Shown: in pieces, positions 35,616 through 49,276 of the stretch
Position numbering within the stretch: position 1 is the first letter of the stretch
How the letters are laid out: each line of letters starts with the position of its first letter
DNA from: Lingula anatina
Taxonomy: Eukaryota > Animalia > Brachiopoda
Length of the DNA stretch: 64,000 bases
Reading direction: 5' to 3'
NCBI GenBank assembly: GCA_051362555.1
Contig: CM120641.1
Span: forward strand, 47,250,401 to 47,314,400
Translations under genes and position numbers: made by a program
Notes under the pieces: model-generated
What the model saw: the letters and a program-made list of their open reading frames with translations, nothing else
The model's database searches: none
What the model was told of the DNA's origin: nothing

Positions 35616-37378
35616 GGGGATCTGCATGTCAAAAATGATATCAGTGAATTTAAATTTATCTTGTTATATTAAATGTTGTCAACTGATATTGGTACTACTA
35701 AAATGATCATGCTGATTGTCCTTTTTATTAAATCTTTTTGACAAAATTCCCACAAGACATACCAAATCGATATTTCACATTAAAGCAAATTACAGCAACT
35801 CATCATAATCTAAAAGCAGATATTATTTACGTGTGCTAGCAAATAACACATTTCCTTTTAAAATGCCTTTTTATCCCTAAATCCCCCAGGAGGGAAATTA
35901 AACAAATGACTAAGTAACATCCAAATTGAATTTCAGGCCACAAACCATAAAAAAATCCCCTGTTACTGACACCTCTATCTATCATCATAATTTTATTCAC
36001 ACCAGCACAATTCATCACAATCAAAAACTATCAATGTCAATTTTTCTAGTGTTGTGTTTCCATTCACGTGTCAAGTTTATTATGACCTATGTATCTCAGC
36101 AGGGCCCTGCAGAGTTGGATCGATAAGCAGAACAACAGTTTATTGGAAATGAGCCCTGGGATCAATATTAAGACCTAAGATGTATAGTGAAATATGTCCC
36201 TGATGGCCTGGGCTAAGTCAGGTCAGTCCCGCTTGACTGGAAACACGACTTGGGTAAATTAGAAATCCAACAGCACTTGCAAGGATGTGCCAGTGTACAT
36301 GGTGAATGTAATATGCAGCTTTTATCTAAACACATACAATGTAGGTTAAAACTGACATATTATCTCGCTTCTTTATTTTCATGGCAATAAAAGATAGATC
36401 ACAAGTGCTGTACCTATAAGCCAGTTGCTGCATGTACTACATCACTCAATCAATCAGTTAACTGATGATGTCAATCAAGTAATCAATTAATCCATCACTC
36501 AGTATCGTCCATATGGCAGCTTACTAGTACACTCAGTATATCTAGGCTGTCAATAAATGAAACCATATGACATTGTGTAACTGCATTACAGTTTCCCTAT
36601 CTTTATCCTCCTCCTATTTCAACACATACATTGGGTCAATTAAGGAGAAACTAGCATGTATCACTTTACCTTGACACTATATGCATAGGCTCCAGTGGGC
36701 TGTGAATACCCTCCATAGCCAGCCTGGGGTTTGGGTGTGTGATAGGCTGGGGACTGGGTTGGAGCCGAAGGGGCTGATGGCGCTCCAAAACCCCCAGGTG
36801 CTGAGGCTGTGGGATACCCCTGTGCTGCAGGGGGTGCCCCATATCCCCCTGGGGCACCATAACCTCCCCCTGAGGCTGCAGTAGGGTATCCTCCTGCCCC
36901 TCCCATAGGGGCTGTAACAGTGGGGTATCCCCCAGGGGCAGCAGGGGCAGGGTAGGCCACAGGAGGAGGGTTGTATGTTGCTGGTCCTGGCGGGGGACCA
37001 CTGTTATAGCCTGTACCCATCCCATACTGAAAAGTAAGAAAACATAAGTAACACTTTACATATATAACAGGTGACATTGTGTTTGTGTCTCTGTTAAAAT
37101 AATATTTTTTGCATGGGCATTGCATTTTTATCTATAGTAGACTCAAGCTCTAGGACACCATTGTTTTCAACATTACAAAAGGGTGTGAAATTATATCTAC
37201 CGTACAGTGAATGTGAAATTGCATTTGTTGTGACAGTGTGTTAGGTGCACCAACATGTGATTGCGTTAGATGTTACCTGGGGCATCCCTGGTTGTGGCAT
37301 CCCTGGTTGTGGCATCCCCGGCTGTGGCATCCCTGGTCCACCAGGTCCACTTCTCACAGCTGACTCCACTCCCTAGAG

Positions 37379-37431
<53 letters not shown>

Positions 37432-38869
37432 GGGCCAAGAAGCTGAATTTAAAGAATAAGAAAGAGGAAGAAGAGAAAATTTTCATTTAAAACTTAAGTC
37501 CAACTTAAACTCACTAGTAAAGGTAAGCCTCATTTAACTAGTGGGTATCATTTCCCAGTACACACATGAAGTGGCTCTATATGGCAATACTTACACCAAA
37601 TCCCAGCTGTCCTGGCATGCCCCCTGGTGGCTGCACTCCATAGGGGAGATTTGGCCCCCCAGAGGGGTACGGGGCCCCGCCCCCACCTGGATATGGGGCA
37701 CCCCCAGGGTATGGGGGACCTCCTGGTGTAGGCATACCCTAGAATGGTATTGGTTTAATAGTAAGCAATATATATATACTTCAATAATGTAATCAATAAA
37801 TTTGGTGACTGACACGGCTTTCATATATCATATTTTTTCATAATTTTTGTATAATCTCACAACTGAAATGAAAATATGCTATTTCAAACTATCTACAATA
37901 AGATAATATTTTCTCCAAATAATCCATGATAACAATGTTATATGATTGGTACTAAGGTTTGGGATGATAAGTACTTGTATCTCCATACTACATGATAAAT
38001 ATCTCTATACTATACTGTACTCTATAAGTTCGAGTAACAAAAACATTCAGAATTTTAGTTTGGTAAGCAGCAAGAAAACAACCTCAGAAAAAACATGTTT
38101 GTTTGAGTGGGAGGTAAATCAAGATACCTGGGACTATTTTAGTGAAGTGAAAAAGTAAATACACTTTCATCTTCTTACTGCCAGTGATGTAAAGCATGAC
38201 CATATGGCTGAGATGATTAATGGTTGCAGATTTCTTCTCATCAAACATGTAAATTGTGTTGATGATTTACATGGTAGATCTACAGGATATGCTACTGTAT
38301 CTGTAGGCATTTATAAATATGTGCAATTGTTTATGCAGATCTGGCCACCATTAGTATCAGGTCATAAGGTAAATCATCCAAAAATAGTGTAGAACAAGTT
38401 ATTTAGTATACTACAGATAAACAGAGGGCTACACACCACAGATGTATCAATTAGTAAATGTAAAATACATCATACTACTGTACACACTGTTGCTACAGTA
38501 GTAGTACATGTACCTGCTGTAGCCGTTTCTCTCTCTCTCTCGCCCTCTCTCTCTCTCTCTCTCAATCAGTCAGAGTGGAGCGGCGTTAAAATGCCTCCAT
38601 AACTTCATAACCCCCTGACACTGAGTCACTTTGGGATTTAGTGTATTATTTATAGACCGATCAGGATTGCTCAATAACTGCTGAACAACAAGTTAACACT
38701 GATTTCAACTTCAAGATAATATAAACAAAATGCTCGTATTATTTGGTTTTTCCGGCCTGTCAGGTTGTCATTGATATCAAAATCCACTTACTGGCATTGG
38801 CTGTTGCTGAGGGTAACCCCCTGCCCCAGGGTAACCGCCTCCGTACCCTCCACCGTAAGGGTAACTCAT
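27971..38869 (-). CDS. ANXA7: Annexin A7/A11-like with long Gly/Tyr/Pro N-terminus, 541 aa
   Basis: 14 exons: 38869-38792, 37738-37595, 37372-37277, 37026-36670, 33426-33345, 32786-32692, 31373-31260, 30767-30677, 30537-30458, 29594-29538, 29216-29027, 28922-28864, 28446-28324, 28030-27971 (1626 nt). Starts MSYPYGGGY; four annexin repeats ([34 protein letters not shown]; DTSGDYKR). A7 versus A11 orthology cannot be resolved by eye. Confidence 0.93.
29786..30440. repeat. 34-bp minisatellite, about 19 copies, in an annexin intron
   Basis: Unit ACAGCTGACACACTGTCACATCCAACACACT(GGT/ATC). Confidence 0.95.
35275..35377 (-). other. Candidate alternative first exon of the annexin (TATA box, ATG, MASATE, GT donor)
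   Basis: Minus strand: TATATAAAG (35377-35369), CACAATGG Kozak context (ATG at 35292), then ATG GCT AGT GCT ACG GAG|gtgagt. Phase 0 matches the acceptor of exon 33426. Confidence 0.6.
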
Positions 38870-38934
38870 CTTGTTGAACTGTAAACTATCACAGAGGTAA
38901 ATGAAAGAATGAACTGGGACAGGAATTGCCCATT

Positions 38935-38946
38935 TGCGCATGCGCA
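38935..38946. promoter_or_regulatory. NRF1 palindrome upstream of the annexin start
   Basis: TGCGCATGCGCA, a perfect NRF1 consensus, about 65 bp upstream of the ATG. Confidence 0.65.
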
Positions 38947-41900
38947 GAGAATTATGCTTCCGTGTTTCTTTCTAGCGCTTCGTCTGCTTCGATCGCTCTG
39001 CGCCCCCTTCCTAGTTAAACTTCATACCGTTGACATTCGACATCTAGATCTCTGAGATCTTCCTATTCCATCTTGACAAATGTAGCACTTATTGACTCTG
39101 ACTCTTTTTATCCGAACATTCAGCAAATTTGAGGTAATTATGTTTAATAACCCCCTATTTAGAAAAATAAAATAAAATACACGTCGCCACACTGTCATCT
39201 CGACCGTTTAAAAAAAAATTAATAATAATAATAATAATAAATAAATAAACAAATAAATAAATTTAATTTAATAAAATGAAAAAATAACGATATTTAGGTG
39301 AAACTGAAGTATATATATTGTAACTAGATAGGCCTACTAGGCCTAATTAAATGATAAGCCTAACATTCAGAAGACGCAATGTTTCTATAACTATTAACCG
39401 CATATCTAATCTGGGTTCGTAAAGGAAACAGTTTTAAAGGGGCCCGGGGTTACCATTTAGCAGCACGGTACTAAAAAAACGGTGGAAGGGAGGGCTCCCA
39501 AACCTATTAACCAAGCCAGCTCCCAAAAAACTTTTAAAATAACGAAACCCAACTGCTGATGTTGAAAATTTTCAAATTGGGCCTATTGGACTTTAACTAT
39601 TAAAATTCCTCGCTGATAAATCTTTTGATGTCAGATTATGAACTTTAAGGGAGAGATCTAGAAGAAAATTCGGAGTAGGGCCTACCGGGGATTAATTTGA
39701 ACCGATGATAAATAAATGTTATAAAAATTGCGCAATTTCCCATAACTTTTGACCAATTCAGGAAAGAGTCAAAGACGTTGCAATACTTATATCTGGCTTA
39801 CATAGGCCTATAGACAGATACGTTCATGGACCCACATGCTAATACATGCCTCCTACATCCACAGAGAAAATTTACCCTCTTTCCTGAAATCACATTTATG
39901 TACTATATTGCTTGCTGCTCTGCGCTGAGGATTCAGTAAAATGAACTTGAATACCCCATCGCTCTTACAGGTAACCGCCAAATGAGAGTCCTCTTTCATG
40001 CAAAAAGGCGTTTGAATGAAAAGTCATCAATATAGGAACACCCAAAAATAAGATTTTCACTGATTCTGTTTTTAGATTGTTTTTCATTGTTTACTTTTTT
40101 TTATTATCTTTTCCTTTAAATGTTTTTGCTAAAATACGTACGTTGATATTTGAATAGCAAAGATATTTGAACTGCATTTTACGCCAGAAAAACTACTTAC
40201 TTTTACCAGTACACTAGGCCTACTGCTTTACGGCGCGTATTTCCATGGCCAGTCTTTAGGCTACTTGGCAGCAACGCGTAAATAAAATATTTCAATTTAA
40301 TCCAATGTGCAATTAATCAAATTAATCAAATGTGCAATTAATCAAATGTGCTTGACCTAGAGTTGAGGAATAACGTGACATTTTCAAATGTCATTGACTG
40401 GATTTGTTGATAGAATCTTTGTTTTTAACTGAAACCCTCGAAAGTTTGTTAAATAGACCCTGTCTTTCCGCTAAACTCTGCTTCAGTATTTACCTAAGGG
40501 AAGCGTTTTAAGCAAATATCTACAATTAACACAAGACAAAAATGGGGGGTGATTTTGAGATTTATGTACGTGATGATTTTGGATTTTATTTATTCTTTGT
40601 CACTAGTCACAGGTAGCCACAGTAGCACAGCATGACAACACTGCAAATTCCTGGCGTGAGATTTACACATTAAGAATACATTTAGTGCCGTTATGAAATT
40701 GGGGCCTGTATGTTGCGTTTCTCATAATTTGCTGTATTCATTTCTGATATGTACATGTATCAAAATCTTAATCTGTGTGACGTAAAAGATTTGTATACTA
40801 TAATTAAAGGGGTCTGGATCTCTATCACGTGAAGGAAAATGAAAGAAAAAATTAAAATAAAACTGCAATCTACGCGAGAAAATGTTACTATAACAAAAAC
40901 TGAACAGTTTTAGGTAGTTTTTTCTTATTGGAACAGTGTAAATATACAGTGTACTAATAGCGCTAGAAGGGGAGAAACAATTCAATCGCGTTATCTTCAA
41001 ACGGAGTCTAGGAGTAGGACACGTACATGTGCTATTTATACCCTAGAGAAACCATTGTCTTGGTACTTTCTCTGCTTTGAAAAAATGTTTTCAGTCACTG
41101 AATTTGAAGAACCGAAACGTCAATCTGAAATTGAAGAATTGGGTTCGCAGGTCGACCCGGACAGCGCCATAGTGCGCGTTGAAAAAACATGGAACCACTC
41201 CTTTCCCTGTTTATCGCCAAGAAGGATATCTTTTTTCCTTTCTCTGTCCCGCTTGCCTGTTAGTGAATGGACCTACGTGAATTTTTCAGAAAATGTTGGG
41301 AGGGGACTAAATATATGCGAGAATTCAATGTCTTACACAAAATTTCCATTTCCAAATGAAACAACTCTCGATTGTAAAATCAGTTTAAATCGTAAAGGGC
41401 ACCGAGGAAATTTCATTCTTCACTGTTAAAGAAAAATAAAAATAATTGACCTTTTTATTATTTATTTGTGCAATTAATGTATATTTATGTGAAAACAATT
41501 AATTTAGAGTACAAAAATACCATACCTTTTATATTTAACTTCATACCAATAAATGCGTAGACAATTTATTAGAACTGCTAAGGACTAATCCAGTTTACAT
41601 CCATTTGCATACACACACACACACAAATGCGCATGCATGCATGCATGCAGATGCACTATGATGCACAAACACATGCACACTCCCTCTCCTGTTATATCTA
41701 TTATTACAATATCTATTGCAACTTTTTACTTTTACATGTTTCAGGACATTTGATGGCACATAAATTATGAATGCAATGAACAAATACAACTCAGTGCATT
41801 AAGTCATGATACGCATTAACATCGCCCCCTATTTCCATAAATTATGACATATTTCTGTATATTTGTTGAACCAATTTCATTGGTAGTATCTTCTTTACCC

Positions 41901-42781
41901 TGTGAGTAAAGCAGCATATGTGCCTGATCACATGAACTTTGCCATATTTAGTGGAAATGCCCTCGTTTTTAACAAGTACTCCAGATCTTTTCAGTATGAA
42001 ATATCAGGTATAAAAATAGATGTCCCAATACTACTGTGAGCTTCTAAAACAGACTAGACACTAGACACCTATATGTCTTAAGATAAACATATAGATATAT
42101 GACTAAAAATACACAATACTATAATGACAGAGTGCCCTCTGAAGACTTTGTTGAAGACTGTTGCTGCATAAATCATTACAGCAATACAACTATTAAAAAA
42201 AAACATGTAGTGAAATATATATGAAATAATGGGTGTTATACACCTGCGATAAAAAATGATCTAAATAAATAACAAATAAATACATACATTATGTGCATTA
42301 TAATGTAGCTCATGGAAAAACAAGACAGTTAATTTGCCAAGAATTCACAACCTTGAAACCAAGTAGAACTTCACAGATTTTAAATAACAGAAGTATATTT
42401 ATTTCAGTCTGTCAAGAATTAAAATTCACAACCTCAAAAATAAAATGAGTAGATTGTCATCGCTTTAAATTCAGTGTGCATTACAATTCACTTTCTTCAC
42501 CATGTGGAAGCACACTTTTCACTTTTAGGATAGACAACATCACAGCAATCAACTTGTGTTAATCTATCATTCATTGTGTAATTAACAACATAGTTAACAC
42601 TTGCAGGCAACCTTTATCAATTGACAAAATGTCTGAAATGTGTGAAAAGAGTTAGCAACTCTGAAATTTCACAACTTTATTGCTTGGAAACAGATCTTCA
42701 TAGCATTTACTTTGCTTTATTATGGTATGGATAAATAATTCAGCTGCATTTTTCCTTCTCTACTAAAACACATTTCTCATT

Positions 42782-45305
42782 TCATAACCTTAACGCCTGG
42801 GAGTAGATCTTCATAGCCTTTAATTTACTATGCAGTGTCTCCATCCCCAACACCCGCACTATGTGTATCAGGAGGTCGCAACTCGCCTCGGCATTATGCT
42901 CTTTCCAATATTTCATCGATGCAAGAATGCGTTCCTTCAACTTATCCTTGCCCTTGTATTGCTGCTCCAGTTCTTGAATCACTTCAGCTTCAAAGCGGAA
43001 CTTTCTCCATAGTTGGCGTAGCTCTTGCTTGTCTATTGTGTTGACAATGTGGTCAATCATCTTCTGCAGCAGCAGTTCTGGAAAAAAAATTAACAATTAT
43101 TTTTTTTCCAGGTTAAACTTTGTATTTGCTCATTTATGTCTTAAAATACTTGAAATGGAGAAAGAAACATATTTGCTCCTTTATTTGGTTTCTGAAAATG
43201 TATGGTTTTGTCATTCTTTATTTAAAAAAAAATCAATGAAATACAATACAAATCCTGAGAACTCACAATTTTTATAGTATAATAATTGAAACTGCACTAA
43301 ACACTTAAATGCATGCAAAATGAGTACTTTAATACAAAATGACCCCCTAAATTAAAACCATAATTGTCATTAACCATACAGGTCACCTCTTACCCTCTCG
43401 TTCCAGGTGCTTTCTGAGGAACCTTCCAATAGGCTGTAGTACCCCACTAACACAGATGTCCATGGGGGGAGTCTTCAGGGGGTTGTTCTGTAGGCGTAGA
43501 TCATTGAGGCCAGTCATGTGATCAAAGTCTGCTGGCAGTGTCGAGAGTTGATTGTCGTCCAGTTGTAGCACTTGTAGTCTCATCTCACATATGGAGTCTG
43601 GGATGGAGATAATATTGTTGTGATGGGCCACCAAGGTTTGGAGGTTCTTCATGCTGGCAATGCTTTGAGGAAGGCCACCAATTTCGTTGTTTTGCACATT
43701 AAGATGGCAAATGCTGGACTGGCCAAGCTCTTCTGGAAGCCATCTGACTTTTGAGCCATTCTCCTGGTCAAAGTTCAAAAGCTCCAAATTGGGGATGGCA
43801 CAAACAGATGTAGGAAACATCTCAAACTTGTTGTTGGACAAATCCAGATCTCGCAACCCTGTCATGTTTGAAACTTCTTCTGGTGCATCAACGATCACAT
43901 TGTCAGCCATGTTGAGTACCTCCAGGTTGGTCAAGGCACACATCACTTCAGGAAAATTGTCTAGTTTATTCTTATTGATTTTGAACTCTTTTAAGTTTAC
44001 AAGCTGTCCAAACTCATCTGGCAAGCAAGAGATCTCATTCTCCTGCAAGTCTAGATATTCTAACTGTGACAACTTAGTCAGTGGCAATGGGAACTCTGCC
44101 ATTCCATTTCTACTCAAGTCCAAATGACGAATCTTCTCCAACTGGCTAAATTCTTCTGGGAGATCAACCAGCTTGTTTCCACTAAGACTTAGGACTTCTA
44201 ACCCTCTGACAGCACCAATAGCCCTGGGGATTCTTTCAAACTTGTTGTCATTCATGGACAAAGTATTGAGCTTTTTAAGGTTGGCTATCTCTAGCGGGAG
44301 CTCCGAGATCTTGTTGTGATCAACAGTGAGGGTATCCAGCTCTGAACACATGCACAATTCATCAGGAATCACTGAGATGTCATTGTGACTCAGATGAAGC
44401 TCTTTCAAATTGTACAATTCTGCTATGCTTGCAGGGAGGCATGAGATCTGATTGCCTTCAAGGGAAAGGGTGTCTAAATTTTCAAGAAAAAACATCTCCT
44501 GGGGGAGAGTTTTGATTTGGTTGTTGTTCAGCAAAAGAATCCTCAGCCGAGACAATTTTCCAATATCAGATTGAACTTCAGTAATTTTGTTGTCAGACAT
44601 GGTTAACTCGATCAAATTCTCAAAACTGTATACCTGAATGGGTATGAATTCAAAATCATTATCATCTAAATACAAACCCTGTAAACAAATCAAATTTTCA
44701 ATTTCTCTTGGGAAATTTGTCATGTGATTTCCACATAAACCCAATTTCAGAAGACCCTCAATTTCACAAACTTTGGGATTCAGGAACTCTATTCTGTTCT
44801 GTTCTAATCCAAGTATCTTTAAATTACTAAGTTTGGATATCTCATCAGGAATGTCTCTGATTCCATTTTCATTTAAGCCTAAAAATTCTAGCTTTTCAAG
44901 GCCCCCAATTTCTGGTGGAATATCACAAATTTGATTTCGATTTGCGTAAAACTGCCTCAGACACTTCAACCCAGCAATATCTCTTGGTATCTCAACTAAC
45001 TCATTTTCGCTCACATCTAAAACCTGCAATTTTGGCAAACCAAACAAGTATGGGCTTAAGGAACTCAGTGCATTCTGGTTCAGAGCCAGGATCTCCAAGT
45101 TAACCAGACTAGCTATAGCAGCCGGGATCTGTGTAAGAGCATTGTCACTGAGGAAAAGGCACTGGACATGTGATTCATTGAACACATCTATAGGGATTGC
45201 TGTGAGGCCCTTGGACTGTGCGTCTATACACTGTTTGCCATCATCAGAGGTAATCAGCTGGGTTGGACTAGAGGTCGCCATGGAGGACAAAATCTCTGCA
45301 GGCAT
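42782..45305 (-). CDS. LRRD1: Leucine-rich repeat and death domain-containing protein 1, 735 aa
   Basis: Coding exons 45305-43394 (about 25 LRRs of 23 aa ending NPLKTPPMDIC) and 43077-42782 (death-fold, ending KLKAMKIYSQALRL; cf. recalled human KITALNLFTRAIKF). In-frame stop upstream of the ATG; acceptor at 45403-45404; candidate 5'UTR donor near 46505. Confidence 0.9.
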
Positions 45306-46504
45306 ATCTATAACTGGTGCTGCTGTTGGCTCCTTAATTTTGTTTCTACATCAGGACTTCGTTGAGAATGGGGTCCTGGAATTAGATGACGAATCTTATT
45401 AGCTATGGGGGAATAGAAAAGCAAAAAAAAAAAAAAAAATGCAAAAAGAAAAAAAAAACTTTCAACAGAGTGTAAGAGCTGTACTAAAAATATAAAGAGA
45501 AAATACACTCAGTTTGAGAGTTTAAGTAGCTCAGATATGTATTCAGCTGCACTAGACCTTGAGGTTTATTACTGCATAAGCAAATGAGTTTATCTGATTT
45601 ATTAAATTATTGTACTTAAAGTGGTTATAAAAATATCCCACTTAATGAAATACAATTTCCATTCTCGAGACAAGTGCCATTTGAAATAAATTTCATTTCG
45701 ACAGCCAGCTCCTTTTAACAAGGTAAAAATGTCTGAGCACAGGTATTTACTTCCATACCTGAACCCTAAGATTAATGTTTATTAAGCAAATAATTAAACG
45801 GAATTTGATCGTTTGGCATTCAGTGAGAGCAAATATTAAGTGGGTCTGAATTTGAAATAACCACAATACTTCAGTTGGAACCAAAAAAGGTGCCTGTTTT
45901 GCATTATGCAAAATGAAAAGTCTGTAAATGTCAAGCACATATGTTACCCATACAGAAGTAAAGAAAATGTTTTAACAGTCAACTTGTAGCTAACTCAGGT
46001 TGATATGCCAGCACTGAAGATCAACAAGATTTCAAAATCTCTACATTTTGTTTATGAGTACAGTATATTGAAATACACCACTTAATAACATTATTCACTG
46101 AAAGCCATACGTATCTGCATATCTATTTATCTATTATCTTGCGTCCTTTACACCGGCAATAAGCGCATTTTGATAAAGTGGCTACACAAACTATTTACGG
46201 GCATTAAAATATGATACAAATTTCTGACCAAAAGGAAACGAAAGCCCCAATTATAACACAGTATTATCAACGTTTCTAACCTCGACAAACGCTTGAGTTC
46301 GCCTGATACTGTTCAGTAAAAACAATAACATGAAACTGAGCGTGAGATAAATCAGTGCGATAAAATTAGACACGGCGTCAAGTGAGGTGCATTAAAAATA
46401 AACTTAGAAGAAATGATTGCCAAAGTATTTGATAATGTCACATTCGATGTGTAGAGTTAAACTTTTTCGTTAAACTGCCATTGTCAACAATTTCTTAAAA
46501 TATT

Positions 46505-46760
46505 ACCTGTTGAATATATTGTCCTACGAGGCGAAGTGGCTCTCGTGTTCTCTTCATTAAGCGTGTTGTTGCTCTTGGTGACAAGTGCGCGAGACTTGGC
46601 GAGATATGGGAGGAAGTTGATAACGCATGCGTATGTAGTCCATCCAAGATGGAAGCGACCGTAGCGGCGAAACTCGTCGTTAAGAAGAAACTGTGACTTT
46701 TAACATAGAAAACAGAAAGGTTGTTGGATTCTTCTTGCGCTAGCAACTAGGTATGTGATT
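46505..46760. promoter_or_regulatory. Compact bidirectional promoter LRRD1/DNAJC13 with a full RFX X-box
   Basis: Outward-facing donors (TTAC ~46503; TAG|GTATGT ~46751). CpG-rich. GTCACC-AAG-AGCAAC on the minus strand at 46568-46582 fits GTNRCC(N0-3)RGYAAC. NRF1-like ACGCATGCGT (46623) and YY1-like CAAGATGG (46645). Confidence 0.65.
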
Positions 46761-47971
46761 ACCAGCTGGGGAAATGATCCTGTTTAATGGACGTCAATGC
46801 GTTAACGGATCACACCGGTTTAAGCAGCGACGCACGTAGATATCTATCATGTGACCCGGAAATATGGTTTAAGACCCCCCGGCCGTGTGTGTACATATCC
46901 TGCAGACCCTGCGGCTCTTTACAAAGAAAAAATATATCAGTGGCAGGAGAACCCATTGCTTCTCTACCTTGTTACTGCTGTGATGATAAAGATTTGCCAG
47001 GCAGAATGATGAATGAAGTTGAATGCACATCCGTTATTTAAATGAAAGTTTGTGTGAAACACTCCTCAATATTTATGTAATTTCATCGAAGTTTCAACCT
47101 TAGGAAATGGCTTGTTTTTAGTAATCTACATTAGACCTTATAAACACAACGCATGCCATATTTTGATGCACACCTAAGGCTACAATTCTTAGTGTTTCAC
47201 CTCATTGCTTCTTAAAATATATTTCAACAGGCACCAAACTTTTCATGTTACTCTGAATGGTTAGTCTGTTGCATTCCCCCTCTATATTATTTGAGTTTGC
47301 TTTTATGCTACAGCAAGGTTTGGAAGGGGAACATTCTGTTATAAGGACCTGCCATTGCTGTTCTGTAGGGGGACTGTTGACACCAACACATTTCTTTTCC
47401 CTTACCTCTTACCTTCAGCTGACCACACTTAAGAAAACTGAAAGTTTTTGTCACAGATAGGGCCTTAAGAGGCCACGACATATTTGATGATAGAAAAATA
47501 GACTGGAAGCAGAATATGCAAGTGTGCAAAAAAAAAAAAAAAAAAAAAAAGATTTAGATATTAGCTCACCTATCGATCAAGTTTTAAAAAAGATTTAGAT
47601 GCTTTAATTCCAAACATCTGATCTGCTCGCACATGGACACACACACACTAATCTATCCAAAAATTTAGTGAGGGTTTGAGCCTTCTGAATAACGAAAGGG
47701 AAAAACTGTTACAGTCATATTTATCTACCGGTATGTTCAATATCAATTTCTGATTGGATTGCCATGATAATTTTGATAAAAACATTAATGCATGTGGTTA
47801 ACTCTATTAATTAAAGTCAAACAATAATCTATTAAGTGATGTTGAATTGAATGAATGAATATGATTATTAGTGTCATGAAACCTAAATATCACCTTATCT
47901 GTACCATTTTCATCTGATAAACTTTGTACTCATTATCTACATGCTTGTCTGTTTTATTTCAGTATTAAAAA

Positions 47972-49245
47972 ATGGCTACAAAAACGAATGCAGCTATGAA
48001 AGAAAATGAGGATATTGCTTGTTACTTTGTAACAAAGCATTCCTGGAAAGGAAAGTAAGCACATTTTAAATTTAATAGTTCATACAACAAACTTCTTTGC
48101 AGTTTTTTTAGTTTTAAGGTGTTTAATGAAATGGGATATGTAGTACCCTTTCTAAAGCATTGCCTCTTATATTGTTCAAAAAAAGTATTTACAAGGTAGA
48201 GAACTCTTGTCATTGTAAGACAAGATTTAAAAAATTCACTTCATTTATGTACCGATACCTGCTTAAGAAATTTATCATTTTTTAAAATCAGATACAAGAG
48301 AGTCTTCTCAGTGGGTAACCTGGGTATTACAACATACAACCCTGCCACTCTAGAGGTCACCAACCAGGTAAGACGGGCAGATACTGAGGCTTGGAAATTG
48401 AAGGATTGAAGGAAGGGGTTGGGCATATAAAGAATATGAAAAGACATGTAAAAACCCTCTTTAAAAATGAAGTTTTCTCTTTAATGCCAAAGTATTTTTT
48501 AAAATGAACTTCATAGTTCAGTATTAGAATGAAGAGAGTGAAATTCTTTATTATTGAGACTAAATTTTCGTGAAATAAATTCTCATTATTAAAAGAAAAA
48601 TTCATCAGTTAAGTTACTACAAAATCTATCTGCAGACATTATTATAAATTATTATTTAATTATTTATTCCAGTGGCCATACAGTGAATTTATTAGTATCA
48701 CACCCAATATCAAAGCCCCCACCCTCAATGAATTCTTGATCACCATGAAAAAAGGGCCCAAGAAAACAGACACCATGAAGTTTTCCACTGATCACAGAGC
48801 AGATGTATTGACTGAGGCTTTGGTAAGAAGTCAGCTTGTTAATCAGTGCTGTCAGTAGAACAGGTCATTAAAAGTAATATAAGGGACCAATAAGGTATAC
48901 AAATGGTGTTATTGCTAGTTTAATCGATAAGGAGATGGGTTACTGTGTAATCAGTAGAAATAAAAGTGACATATGGATCATTTATATGATGTATTTATTA
49001 GATTTTTCTAATTATTATCAGTAGAATATGTTGAAAGTAAAAATAAAACCTATGTATGCAGGAAGTCATATGTATTAAAGGCATTTATCAGCCAAAATCA
49101 TTTTAAGGGAAATGTATCTGCCTCCGCTTTTGGATTTATGAGTTTATACAACTATGCTGTTAATACTCATGTTTATGTTACAATTATTTCAGAGATTTGC
49201 CAATCAGTTTGCTGGAAAAGATTTTCAATCCAAAGTAAGTGAGAT

Positions 49246-49276
<31 letters not shown>

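Noticed and set aside
41055-41429. 124-aa ORF between annexin and LRRD1
   Set aside because: Non-ATG start, no recognisable domain, and no compatible neighbouring exons.
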